Positions 35,813 through 44,819 of a stretch of 64,000 nucleotides of DNA are shown here, piece after piece. The translations under genes and the position numbers were made by a program. Origin of the DNA: a virus (Duplodnaviria; Heunggongvirae; Uroviricota; Caudoviricetes); IMG/VR virus record IMGVR_UViG_3300008267_000017, positions 1 to 64,000 of that record. One strand, written 5' to 3'. Each line of letters starts with the position of its first letter. The stretch's first letter is position 1. The notes under the pieces are model-generated. The model did not search any database. It worked only from the letters and a program-made list of their open reading frames with translations, and was not told the origin of the DNA.

Positions 35813-36553
35813 TTAGTACCCTGATTTATCAAACGCAATAATCAAATCTTTACAAGTCTTGCTACGCACAATATGTTCATAGGAATCAAAATCAATACGT
35901 GCAACAGATTCTTTTAACCGAGGGTTTTTATCAATGATTTGTGAGAAAATAGCAAGACCGCTCTCTTTATTTAGTGCAGATTGTGCAACGTCCCCGCAAA
36001 GAATCATTTTACAGCCTCCTCCACGAGTGATGATAGATTTAATCTCAGAAATTTTACAGTCTTGGACTTCGTCCGCTATAACCCATGTACCTCTTCCATA
36101 ACTCATCCCTTTGATTGTCTCTAAAGGCTGTAGTTGAATATTACCATCTGCAATTGCTTCATCAACTACATCTTTACCCATGCGTTGATACAACACAGAT
36201 AACATTGGCATAATCCAGTTCTTCACTTTCATGTCCTTATCACCACCAAAGTAACCAAGACTCTTAGAGTCTGACACAGAGGGTCTAGTAAGTACAATCT
36301 TATTACAAACCCCTGTTCGCCATGCGTCTGCAGCCATACAAGTTGCAATAAATGTCTTCGAGGAACCTGCGAAACCTGTTGCGACAATCAAATCATAGTC
36401 TTTGATAGCTTTGAAGTATTCGGCTTGCCGTTCGTTCATCGGAACAATTGGTTTACTTTCAATTTCAAGTTTACGCTGCTCCAAGAATTTCTCTTTGATT
36501 ACAGGTGCAGTTTCAGGGGATTTTTTAGTTTTTTTGCTAATTACGCGAGCCAT
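35813..36553 (-). CDS. phoH: PhoH-family ATPase
   Basis: Walker A GFAGSSKT (PhoH GPAGTGKT), Walker B VIADEVQD, and C-terminal GDVAQ. Confidence 0.8.
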   Translation of the reverse strand: MARVISKKTKKSPETAPVIKEKFLEQRKLEIESKPIVPMNERQAEYFKAIKDYDLIVATGFAGSSKTFIATCMAADAWRTGVCNKIVLTRPSVSDSKSLGYFGGDKDMKVKNWIMPMLSVLYQRMGKDVVDEAIADGNIQLQPLETIKGMSYGRGTWVIADEVQDCKISEIKSIITRGGGCKMILCGDVAQSALNKESGLAIFSQIIDKNPRLKESVARIDFDSYEHIVRSKTCKDLIIAFDKSGY

Positions 36554-36617
36554 GTAGATACCTCCACATTAAAGTTAAACTGCCAAGCACTTGATACATA
36601 CTTGGCTATGCTACAAA

Positions 36618-36935
36618 TTATTTGTTAAAATTACTAAGAACTTGTTTCTCTAACAACTTCTCTAAAGTTGTTCCAGATTCAATTGCCAATTCTGTAAATG
36701 CTTTATACACATCTTTAGGAATTCGCACAGTTACTGGAAACAGTGTTTCAGGTTGTTTATATTCCACTCCACTACCAATTAAGTCAAAGTTTTCTGCAAA
36801 CACTGTGTAGTTGTCTGCCTTTGTCCGAATACTATCTCCTGTGACATCATTAAAATCGCTTCTACTTTTACCAAAATTTCCATTAGTCGTTGTCACTCCA
36901 CATACCTCCTTCTCTGTTAACTTTGTTGTTTTCAA
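36618..36935 (-). CDS. hypothetical protein
   Basis: ORF. Confidence 0.4.
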   Translation of the reverse strand: MKTTKLTEKEVCGVTTTNGNFGKSRSDFNDVTGDSIRTKADNYTVFAENFDLIGSGVEYKQPETLFPVTVRIPKDVYKAFTELAIESGTTLEKLLEKQVLSNFNK

Positions 36936-37068
36936 TCTTCAGAATAAGATTCCCATCTTCATCTGTCCATTCTACCAAGATACCACCTTGTTTGCATGAC
37001 TCTATTACATCATATAAGTCAGCTTCTAGTAATTGTTTATTTTTCTTGCCCATTTGGTTTACGTCCAC
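36883..37068 (-). CDS. hypothetical small protein
   Basis: ORF overlapping its neighbours. Confidence 0.3.
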   Translation of the reverse strand: MDVNQMGKKNKQLLEADLYDVIESCKQGGILVEWTDEDGNLILKIENNKVNREGGMWSDND

Positions 37069-37261
37069 GAGGTTTTGGAGCTTCTGTTAGCTCTTCTTGT
37101 TGTTCTTGTACAGCTCCACGAATTAATACAGCGTTATATTGCTGGTCAATCCAAGGGTATTCAGAAGCTTCCTCTGAGATGACAAAGCCTTCTTTAAATT
37201 TAGCTTGCAGCTCTAGTGCAAATTGTCCAACTGAGCTTTCACGGATTGTGATTTTTTCCAT
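37037..37261 (-). CDS. hypothetical protein (first gene of the leftward unit)
   Basis: ORF. A promoter lies upstream. Confidence 0.4.
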   Translation of the reverse strand: MEKITIRESSVGQFALELQAKFKEGFVISEEASEYPWIDQQYNAVLIRGAVQEQQEELTEAPKPRGRKPNGQEK

Positions 37262-37391
37262 TGTGTTTCCTTTATGTTATGTTAGTCTTCTAAATCTTCT
37301 TCAAGCATGTGCTCTATGAAGTCGTTTACATCTAAGTATTCCAGTTCTGTGTATTCTTCCAATTTATTCTCCTTAGTTATCCAGAAATTAA

Positions 37392-37420
37392 ACTATAGCA
37401 TTCAATCAGCCAAATTGCAA
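37392..37420 (-). promoter_or_regulatory. sigma70-like promoter TTGCAA-17-TATAGT, leftward
   Basis: Reverse complement of 37415-37420 (-35) and 37392-37397 (-10). Confidence 0.45.
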
Positions 37421-37475
37421 GAGTTTCTTTCAGGTAACTATTAGTTGTCATTAACAACTATTTACAGCGAGGGAC

Positions 37476-37504
37476 TTGACAAACTGACAGTTATGGTTTA
37501 TACT
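37476..37504 (+). promoter_or_regulatory. sigma70-like promoter TTGACA-17-TATACT, rightward into the structural module
   Basis: -35 at 37476-37481, -10 at 37499-37504. Confidence 0.45.
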
Positions 37505-37534
37505 TCACATTATAAGTAAATCAGCAGGAGATAT

Positions 37535-37909
37535 ATGAGTGACGTAGATAACAGTGTAGGAGAGATAGTAAGGACAGGAGTTCAGAGTAAGAAGAACTCT
37601 ATCACTATTCAAAAGCGATTGCTAAATAAGGAAAATAAACCTTCCATGGCTTACTTGGTATCAGTGAGAGATGACCCTACAGCAAGCAGAAAAGATAGGA
37701 TGGAAGCAGCGAAGTTTCTCATGACTATGCACATGGAGTCTATTAAAGTTGAGTCTGCTGAGAAAGCTCGGAATAAGGAGTTTGCTGCGAAGCATCATGA
37801 ATTGCTTTTAAGTATTCAACGTAATGGTGGTATTATTGTTGATGATAGTGATGAAGATGATGAAAGTCAACCACTCTTAGATTTTGAGAATATTGCAGAA
37901 GTTGACTGA
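37535..37909 (+). CDS. hypothetical protein, possible terminase small subunit
   Basis: First gene of the packaging module. 124 aa with an acidic C-terminus. No motif support. Confidence 0.3.
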   Translation: MSDVDNSVGEIVRTGVQSKKNSITIQKRLLNKENKPSMAYLVSVRDDPTASRKDRMEAAKFLMTMHMESIKVESAEKARNKEFAAKHHELLLSIQRNGGIIVDDSDEDDESQPLLDFENIAEVD

Positions 37910-38101
37910 TTGTAAAGAATATAGCTTACTTGTAAGAAGGAAAGTGTACTTAATCGGGTTAGACCAGTTTTACTCCTCCCGAAGAACGGACTTCTCGGCA
38001 ACACCTCCGTCTTTGTATAGTGCTATTTAATATGGTGTGCAGCCACCGTGTATGTCAGATTGAGAAGCAACTCTGACAATAAAGATAAACTTCTCGCCAA
38101 T

Positions 38102-38176
38102 GCATCCTTAGCTCAATGGTGGAGCGAGTGCCTTCCAAGCACAAGGTCGAGAGATCGGTACTCTCAGGATGCTCCA
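38102..38176 (+). tRNA. tRNA-Gly (anticodon UCC) with a non-canonical T-loop
   Basis: 7-bp acceptor stem with G1:C72 and C2:G71, discriminator U and encoded CCA. D-arm GCUC/GAGC. Anticodon loop CUUCCAA is identical to E. coli tRNA-Gly(UCC). T-stem GAGAG/CUCUC with loop AUCGGUA instead of UUCGAAU. Confidence 0.55.
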
Positions 38177-38351
38177 TTAGAATATTAAAACGACAATCCT
38201 CCACTGAGTCTCCTCCGTGTCCTCCTCCTTCACGGTTCTCCTATCAGTGTTGTAGGGTTGTCCTTTTAGTGTTTTAACAGTAGTGGTGAGAGGAGAAGAT
38301 ATGTTCTCCCGAGATAGCAGCAAGGTTAGTGTGGTGTGCTATCATTATGTG

Positions 38352-38380
38352 TTGACAGGGCTGTGTTATTACGTTACAAT
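38352..38380 (+). promoter_or_regulatory. sigma70-like promoter TTGACAGGG-17-TACAAT
   Basis: -35 at 38352-38357, -10 at 38375-38380. Confidence 0.45.
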
Positions 38381-38422
38381 TCTGTTTCACTATATTTTAG
38401 TAACAACCAAAAGGAGAAAATA

Positions 38423-38608
38423 ATGGAATTTGTAAACTTTCCAACATGTGTAGGTGATGGATGCATACATTGTAAAGGTGTGACTGACAACTTCATTCGT
38501 CAGGCTAGAGAGGTTCACGGAGATAAGTATGACTATAGCTTGACTAAGATTAGTTGTGCAGATGTTCAGATTCCTAAGCATGTTTTAGAAGTTATGCTTG
38601 CACAGTAA
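38423..38608 (+). CDS. Cys-rich small protein (start refined to MEFVNF)
   Basis: AAAAGGAGAAAATAATG RBS. CVGDGCIHCKG. Confidence 0.45.
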   Translation: MEFVNFPTCVGDGCIHCKGVTDNFIRQAREVHGDKYDYSLTKISCADVQIPKHVLEVMLAQ

Positions 38609-38757
38609 TTAGATTTAACAGGGAGGACAATATGAGTTCTCCCTTAGTTGTACGTTGTGAGTTTTATTATGTCAGGGCATTAGAGAGGAAACCCTCACAA
38701 GAATCTTTAGTGCTTCTGACATAATAGAGTTTATTAACAGCTTGTGAGGAGCAAAAT

Positions 38758-39732
38758 ATGGAAAAGAAAAGAGTACATTCAAATAAGCCGCAAATTAGTG
38801 TTGGAGATGTTTTCAAGACGAATTGTTATGGAGATGTGGAAGTAATTGAATACCTTAACGCGAATAAAATCAAGGTGAAGTTCATAGTTGACGGATACCA
38901 GAGATACACAACATCTGGTAATTTGCAAAAGGGTAAAGTGAAGAATCCCACTATACCAACTATTGAACATGCAGGAAGAGCATCGAAGAATGTTTGTATT
39001 GGTGGAATCTATAAGAACACAAATGGATTGCAATTCAAAGTAGTTGAATACACAGATGCAAAGAATGTTAAAGTGGAGTTTGAGTCTGGTTATATTACAA
39101 ACTGTTCTCTTCAACGAGTTCGTGACGGAGGAATATCTGATAACTTCTCTCCATCCAGATTTCAAGGGTATTTAGGTACTTTAGTAGGTGTTGAAGTTAA
39201 AAACGTGGCAAAGACTAAGGAGCATATTCACTGGTCAAGTATGTTAGCAAGATGTTTCTGTGAGGAATACCAAGATAAGTATCCGACTTATAAAGGTACA
39301 ACTATCTGTGAAGAGTGGTTAAATTTTACAGTTTTTGCTAAATGGTGTAGAGAACAGCCTGAGTTTTTGTTGGGACATAGAGTTTTTCTGGATAAGGATA
39401 TTCTAAATAAAGGAAACAAGCACTATAGTCCAAATACATGTACTTTTGTCCCTCACGCTGTTAATACTTTGTTTACTAAAGCGGATGCAAGCAGAGGTAA
39501 GTATCCTATAGGGGTGTCTTATTGCACAACTCGAAATACAATAACTGCCTGTGTCCGCATTGATAAGCGAACTAAATACTTGGGCAGGTTTGCAAATGCC
39601 ACTGATGCATTCTACGCATACAAGAAAGCAAAAGAGGTTTATATTAAAGAACTTGCTGAGAAATTTAAAACAGTTATTTCAAACGAGTGTTACTTAGCAA
39701 TGTACAGGTATGAGGTTGAAATAACAGATTAG
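38758..39732 (+). CDS. homing-endonuclease-like protein, paralog C (N-terminal extension, degenerate HNH-like, AP2-like, ends ...VEITD), immediately upstream of the terminase gene
   Basis: FLDKDILNKGNKHYS and C-terminal RGKYPIGVSY...LGRFANATDAFYAYKKAKEVYIKELA. GAGGAGCAAAATATG RBS. Confidence 0.6.
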   Translation: MEKKRVHSNKPQISVGDVFKTNCYGDVEVIEYLNANKIKVKFIVDGYQRYTTSGNLQKGKVKNPTIPTIEHAGRASKNVCIGGIYKNTNGLQFKVVEYTDAKNVKVEFESGYITNCSLQRVRDGGISDNFSPSRFQGYLGTLVGVEVKNVAKTKEHIHWSSMLARCFCEEYQDKYPTYKGTTICEEWLNFTVFAKWCREQPEFLLGHRVFLDKDILNKGNKHYSPNTCTFVPHAVNTLFTKADASRGKYPIGVSYCTTRNTITACVRIDKRTKYLGRFANATDAFYAYKKAKEVYIKELAEKFKTVISNECYLAMYRYEVEITD

Positions 39733-39739
39733 AGGTAAA

Positions 39740-40120
39740 ATGGTTAAAAAAGAAAGAGTAAAGTTCCAGCCGTGTAGTGAAAAACAACGGCTGATTCTCA
39801 TGGATAACACTACAGATGTCATCCTCATAGGAGGCGGAGCTGGGGGAGGCAAGTCTCGGATTTGTTTAACAAAGAACTTAGATGGCATTAAAGATTCAAA
39901 GTTCAGGTGTGTAATCCTTCGGCGCTTTGAGCCAGAGCTTAAAAAACAAGGTGGATTGATTGATGAGTCCAAAAACGTCTATCCGCACTTTACAAAAATA
40001 CCTTATAAAAGTCAACAAAAATTATGGGAATTTCCATCTGGAGCAACCATAGGATTTTCTGCAATTTCTTGCGATGACGACCTTGGAAGTTGGCAAGGTA
40101 GTCAATTAACGCGTAAATAA
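39740..40120 (+). CDS. terminase large subunit, exon 1 (ATPase N-terminus with Walker A)
   Basis: Walker A ILIGGGAGGGKS preceded by a Q-motif-like region. The ORF ends about 90 aa after Walker A, where Walker B is expected. Confidence 0.8.
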   Translation: MVKKERVKFQPCSEKQRLILMDNTTDVILIGGGAGGGKSRICLTKNLDGIKDSKFRCVILRRFEPELKKQGGLIDESKNVYPHFTKIPYKSQQKLWEFPSGATIGFSAISCDDDLGSWQGSQLTRK

Positions 40121-40377
40121 TGCGCCTTTATTTAGAAATAGGTAAAGCAAACTCATTGAATTCAGGGGAAGCGTAGAACACGTTATCCTGATCTAAGCCT
40201 AAATACAACTCAGAAATAAAGTATGAGAAGAAAGTGTTAGGAAAGAGCAACGACTATCCTGAAAGGGAGTACACTCAAGTGAGTGGAAGCGGTGAGAATC
40301 CTCTATAGAGGATTATGATATAGTCTGATCTGTATAGGGATATACAGCGGCTTGAATAAAGCGGAGTAAGAGTAACG
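40115..40377 (+). mobile_element. ORF-less group I intron (about 263 nt) in the terminase large subunit gene, inserted just before the Walker B codons
   Basis: R element CAACGACUAU at 40248-40257 and S element GAUAUAGUCUG at 40317-40327 form P7 (GACUAU/AUAGUC). P8 hairpin AAUCCUCUA/UAGAGGAUU. Candidate P1 with the U40114.G40122 wobble at the 5' splice site. Omega-G at 40377 gives an in-frame join ...GSQLTR-NLFEHLILIDEA. Exact junctions are tentative. Confidence 0.65.
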
Positions 40378-41541
40378 AACTTATTTGAACACTTGATTTT
40401 AATTGACGAAGCTGCAGATAAGTGGACTGAGAAACAAGCCTTGTTTTTGCAGTCTCGATTGCGTACAGTTGGCTCTGATATCCACCCACAACTGGTTATG
40501 TCCTGCAACCCAGACCCTAATAGTTTCTTATTTGAATGGGTTAAGTTCTGTCTTGATGAAGACACAGGAGTTCCAAAAGAAGGTACTGAGCATCTTATTA
40601 GATGGTTCTGTGTAGAGGATAACAAAGCTAAATGGGCTGGTAGTCCAGAAGAGTGCTATGAATTATATGGTGCTCCTAAGAATCTAATTTATGCTCATGG
40701 AATGACAGAAGAACAAATGAATACCTTCTCTAAAGAAGAGAAGATGAGGTTATTCATGCCTAAGTCATTTAGGTTTATCCCAACTGGTGTTTTTGACAAC
40801 CCTTATCTACTTCCCCCGAAGAATACAAGTTACCTAGCTTCCTTATTATCTCAACCTCATGTGAATCAGTTAAAATTTCTTCACGGAAGTTGGACTGCAA
40901 GAGAAGAAGGTAGTATGTACTTCGACAGAAAATGGGTGGAGATTGTTGACTTCCCTCCTGTCAATGCTACAGCTAGGGTTAGAGCTTGGGACTTTGCTTC
41001 AGAAGAGAAGACAAAAACTAACAATCCCGATTGGACAGCAGGTGTAAAAATGTCTAGGGATAGAAATGGTATTTACTATATCGAAGATGTTGTCCGTATC
41101 CAAGCTCGTACTGATAAAGTATTAAAAACTGTTATTGAAACAGCTAAATCTGACGGACTGAACGAATGTGATGTGTGTATTCCAGTTGACCCTGCAGCAG
41201 CAGGTAAAACAGCAGCGCACTTCTATCTTAAAGTGTTGGCAGAGAATGGAGTGGCAGCAAAGAAAGCACAATCTTCTGGACACAGTAGCAAACTTACACG
41301 TTTCAAACCATTCTGTTCTTTAGCAGAAAGTGGCAGCGTGAAAGTAGTTAGAGGTGAATGGAATGATGCATTCTTTGCAGAACTTGAAGCCTTCTCTGGT
41401 GAAAAAGCAATCGAGAGAACTCAAAAGAATGACCAAGTGGATGCTACCTCAGATAGTTTTAACCTTCTAGCAAGACAGTTACAACTGCCTACATTTAGTA
41501 TTCCTAGCCTCACTAAAGCTTCTCCAGTACCAACAATATAA
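40378..41541 (+). CDS. terminase large subunit, exon 2 (Walker B LILIDEA and C-terminal nuclease domain)
   Basis: Walker B hhhhDE LILIDEAADKW. The frame is open from 40360. The C-terminal region is consistent with an RNaseH-like terminase nuclease. Confidence 0.8.
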   Translation, partial: NLFEHLILIDEAADKWTEKQALFLQSRLRTVGSDIHPQLVMSCNPDPNSFLFEWVKFCLDEDTGVPKEGTEHLIRWFCVEDNKAKWAGSPEECYELYGAPKNLIYAHGMTEEQMNTFSKEEKMRLFMPKSFRFIPTGVFDNPYLLPPKNTSYLASLLSQPHVNQLKFLHGSWTAREEGSMYFDRKWVEIVDFPPVNATARVRAWDFASEEKTKTNNPDWTAGVKMSRDRNGIYYIEDVVRIQARTDKVLKTVIETAKSDGLNECDVCIPVDPAAAGKTAAHFYLKVLAENGVAAKKAQSSGHSSKLTRFKPFCSLAESGSVKVVRGEWNDAFFAELEAFSGEKAIERTQKNDQVDATSDSFNLLARQLQLPTFSIPSLTKASPVPTI

Positions 41542-41650
41542 GCGGAATTATATCATAGTGTCGCATCTTGTCAAAAACTACTTGACTTTGACATAAGACT
41601 ATGTTATAATTATACGAAATTAATAATAAGCATTACAAGGAGCAATAAAT

Positions 41651-43165
41651 ATGCCAGAAGCGACCTCGCCTGATGGCGTTGCAATAGCTCTACAGCCTGA
41701 CAGTGGGACAACAGTTCCGAGAATTAAGCTTGGCTCGACAGGGTACTCTGTATTAAAAACCTCTAACGGACGCATCTACGAAGAAGCTAATGCCGCCTTT
41801 AGAATGCCAGCACGTATTAAAGTTGTAGACGAAATGAGGCTCAGTCCTCCTGTTGCAATAGGAATGAATGCTATCAAGATGCTCATGAATCGTGCAGAAA
41901 TGTATGTAGAGCCTTTCGATGACACTCCTAAGCACAGAGAACGTGCAAAGTTCTTACATTCTTGTTTGCATGATATGGAAGAAACATTCCAACAAACAAT
42001 GCAAAACACTTTTCCTGTTCTTGAGTATGGCTTCCACGTATCTGAAAAAGTATATCGTAGACGTTTAAAATCCAATGGGAGTAAATACAATGACGGACTC
42101 GTAGGATTAAAATGTCTTGCAACTCGCCCTCAAGCTTCCATTGAAAAGTGGAACTTCTCAGAAGACGGTAGAGAGCTTGTCAGTGTATCACAGTCTATTG
42201 CAAACCTCGAAAATAGTTACAGATTCCAAAACCTCACAGATGAAAATGGTTTAATTGTCATTCCTCGTGAAAAGTTTGTTCTCTTCAATGTTGACCCTAC
42301 AAACGGTAATCCAGAGGGTAACAGTGTCCTAAAAGCAGCGTATTTAGCTTACAAGCAATTAACACTGCTTACAGATAACATGATGACTGGCGTTGCCAAA
42401 GATACACAGGGACTTCCTGTTATTGGTATCCCCCCTCAGTATATGTCTGCAGACGCTAGTGACGATCAAAAAGCGGTCTATCAGATGTTCATGAAGATTG
42501 TTGACGATTTAGCGAGTGGTACTCAGCGTGGTATTGTTATGCCAAAGTCTTACGACATGGACTCTAAAGGTGAAATGTTCACTGTGGAATTGTTAGAGTC
42601 TAAAGGTGGCAAGGCTTACAACGTGTTAGAGATTATAAAGACACTTCAAGCTAACATTCTTTCAGTGCTCTCGTGTGATGCTGTCAAGATGGGTAGTGAT
42701 ACTTCTGGTTCACTTTCTCTTGAGGATGGGGATACAAATCTTTTAGCGATGGCTGTTAGTTATCGTTTGATGGAGATTGCAAATGCTTTGAACAAAGATT
42801 TAGTTACTCAACTATGGAGCTTGAATGGTTGGGAAACTGCTGAAATGCCAGAGATTAAGTTCAAAGACGTATCAAATGTCTCACAAGAAACTTTCAGTAA
42901 GTTTATACAACGTGTGGCTTCAACAGGTTTGCTAGAACTTGATCGTGGTGTCATGAACCGTGTACGAGAAGTCGGTGGATTTGATTTACTTCCACATGAC
43001 CTTCCAATTCAAGAAGATATGTTGTCAACAACTATGGCTGGAAAAGCTTCTAGCGCATCCGAGGGTATGGAAGTTGGGGTTGGCAACACTATTGAGGGTG
43101 GAACATCTAAAGGTGGCGGTAAGAAGACTGACAATTCTGCGAAAAATAACGATAACAAGGGGTGA
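41651..43165 (+). CDS. portal protein (by position and size)
   Basis: 504 aa immediately after the terminase. AGGAGCAATAAATATG RBS. No motif confirmation. Confidence 0.55.
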   Translation: MPEATSPDGVAIALQPDSGTTVPRIKLGSTGYSVLKTSNGRIYEEANAAFRMPARIKVVDEMRLSPPVAIGMNAIKMLMNRAEMYVEPFDDTPKHRERAKFLHSCLHDMEETFQQTMQNTFPVLEYGFHVSEKVYRRRLKSNGSKYNDGLVGLKCLATRPQASIEKWNFSEDGRELVSVSQSIANLENSYRFQNLTDENGLIVIPREKFVLFNVDPTNGNPEGNSVLKAAYLAYKQLTLLTDNMMTGVAKDTQGLPVIGIPPQYMSADASDDQKAVYQMFMKIVDDLASGTQRGIVMPKSYDMDSKGEMFTVELLESKGGKAYNVLEIIKTLQANILSVLSCDAVKMGSDTSGSLSLEDGDTNLLAMAVSYRLMEIANALNKDLVTQLWSLNGWETAEMPEIKFKDVSNVSQETFSKFIQRVASTGLLELDRGVMNRVREVGGFDLLPHDLPIQEDMLSTTMAGKASSASEGMEVGVGNTIEGGTSKGGGKKTDNSAKNNDNKG

Positions 43166-43168
43166 TGA

Positions 43169-43975
43169 ATGGCATTTGTTTACTGGATTCATTTACCAGA
43201 ACATACTGACGTTACAAAAGACGGATATGTGGGCTTCACTAGTAAGACTGTTGAATCAAGATTTAAGCAACACAGAGATGACTCTATCAGAGAGAAGTAC
43301 AAGAATCTACCGATATACAATGCTATGAATAAGTATGGAAATTTGTTAGTAGTGGAGACTCTGGTAGAGGGGTCTAATGAGTATTGTCTCATGATTGAAA
43401 ACAAGTTACGTCCTGAAGTCAAGATTGGTTGGAATATAAAAATCGGTGGTGATTTTGGTTCACTAGGGGTAAAAGCAAGTGAAGAGACTAAGTTGAAGAT
43501 GTCTGAAACTCGCAGAGGAGAGTCTAACGGCTTTTACGGCAAAGAACACTCTGAGGAAACAAAGCAAAAACTACGAGAAATTAATTTAGGTAAGAAGGCT
43601 TCTGAAGAAACCAAAAATAAATTGTCTGCAATGAGGAAGGGTAAGAAAAGGAATTTAAGCCCTGAGCAGCGAAAGAAGATGAGTGACAGGTCTAAGGCTC
43701 AAGTTATGTCAGAATCTGCAAAACTCAAGATGTCTATTAGTAAGACAGGTATTTATGTAGCTTGGAGGAGTTGTGCAGCTACAGATATATGGCTGTGTGC
43801 AAAAGATGTTTATGAGTATTTAGAAGAGAACCCTTCTAACGGTAGACATAAGACAGCACATCATTTCAAAGTAACTCCTAATCAAATTAAAACTATACAC
43901 AAGAAAATACGATCAGGTTGGAACCCAAACGAAGATCAAGAATACCTTTCTTGGTTAGAAGAAAAGAAAGGATAA
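43169..43975 (+). CDS. GIY-YIG homing endonuclease with NUMOD3 repeats, inserted between portal and prohead protease
   Basis: GIY-YIG core FVYWIHLPEH...DGYVGFTSKTVESRFKQH. Three NUMOD3-like repeats: SEETKLKMSETRRG, SEETKQKLREINLGKK and SEETKNKLSAMRKGKK. Confidence 0.8.
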   Translation: MAFVYWIHLPEHTDVTKDGYVGFTSKTVESRFKQHRDDSIREKYKNLPIYNAMNKYGNLLVVETLVEGSNEYCLMIENKLRPEVKIGWNIKIGGDFGSLGVKASEETKLKMSETRRGESNGFYGKEHSEETKQKLREINLGKKASEETKNKLSAMRKGKKRNLSPEQRKKMSDRSKAQVMSESAKLKMSISKTGIYVAWRSCAATDIWLCAKDVYEYLEENPSNGRHKTAHHFKVTPNQIKTIHKKIRSGWNPNEDQEYLSWLEEKKG

Positions 43976-43976
43976 T

Positions 43977-44819
43977 ATGGCACATTCACTTATGCGTCTC
44001 ACTGGAGAACTCTACGGAACTCCTCATTTAATTAGTTTAGAAGGTTTTAAGACAATTACAAATTACTTAGACATTCGCAATACAAACCTAGCTTCATTTC
44101 CACAAGAGATGACACAACCAAAGCAAGAGAAACATTTTGACGTATCTGCTGGTATCGCTGTTATTCCTATTTACGGAACTACGACTTATCGAGAAACAGC
44201 TATCACAGCAATGTGTGGATTAGCTTCTTACGAAGGTATCCTCAACAAAGCCTCTGAAGCAATCGAAGCTGGTGTTAAAACCATTGTGTTAGACTTGGAT
44301 TCAGGTGGTGGTTCCGCACAAGGGTGTTTCTCTTCTGCTAACGAACTCCGTAAGATGTGCGATGATAACGGTGTTTCTCTGATTGGTTTTGTTGACGGTA
44401 GCTGTTGTTCAGCAGCGTATGCTCTTGGTTGTGTGTGTGATGAATTAGTGGCAGACCCTCACGCTTCTGTCGGTTCCATTGGTGTTTTGATCGGACTCAC
44501 TGACTCCTCTGAGAAAGATAAGATGGAAGGTGTGTCTACCATCTATATTACAGATGGTAAAAACAAGGTTCCTTTTGATAAAAATGGAAAATTCAAATCT
44601 GAGTTCATTGACGACTTACAGAAGAAAGTTTCTTACTTAGGTGATGAATTTAGGAAGCATGTGAATTTTCACACCTCCATTCCAGTAGAAAACTTAAAGA
44701 ACACTCAAGCTAAAGTATTCATGGCTAATGAGGCACTAGAGCTTGGTTTAATTACAAGCATCATGCCTAAATCAGATTTCATATCCTACGTTGTAAAAGG
44801 AAAGACAAATGCTAAATAA
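43977..44819 (+). CDS. prohead serine protease (S49/ClpP-like)
   Basis: DSGGGSAQG, and GSCCSAAYALG resembles the S49 nucleophile region. Located between portal and scaffold. Confidence 0.65.
   Translation: MAHSLMRLTGELYGTPHLISLEGFKTITNYLDIRNTNLASFPQEMTQPKQEKHFDVSAGIAVIPIYGTTTYRETAITAMCGLASYEGILNKASEAIEAGVKTIVLDLDSGGGSAQGCFSSANELRKMCDDNGVSLIGFVDGSCCSAAYALGCVCDELVADPHASVGSIGVLIGLTDSSEKDKMEGVSTIYITDGKNKVPFDKNGKFKSEFIDDLQKKVSYLGDEFRKHVNFHTSIPVENLKNTQAKVFMANEALELGLITSIMPKSDFISYVVKGKTNAK

Noticed and set aside
37920-38100. Second tRNA next to tRNA-Gly
   Set aside because: No cloverleaf with a 7-bp acceptor stem and T-arm could be drawn. Only isolated hairpins are present.
40275-40625. Minus-strand ORF (116 aa) overlapping the intron and terminase exon 2
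   Set aside because: It is antisense to the clear terminase reading frame and to the intron core, and has no RBS. It is an artefact of the low-stop reverse frame.
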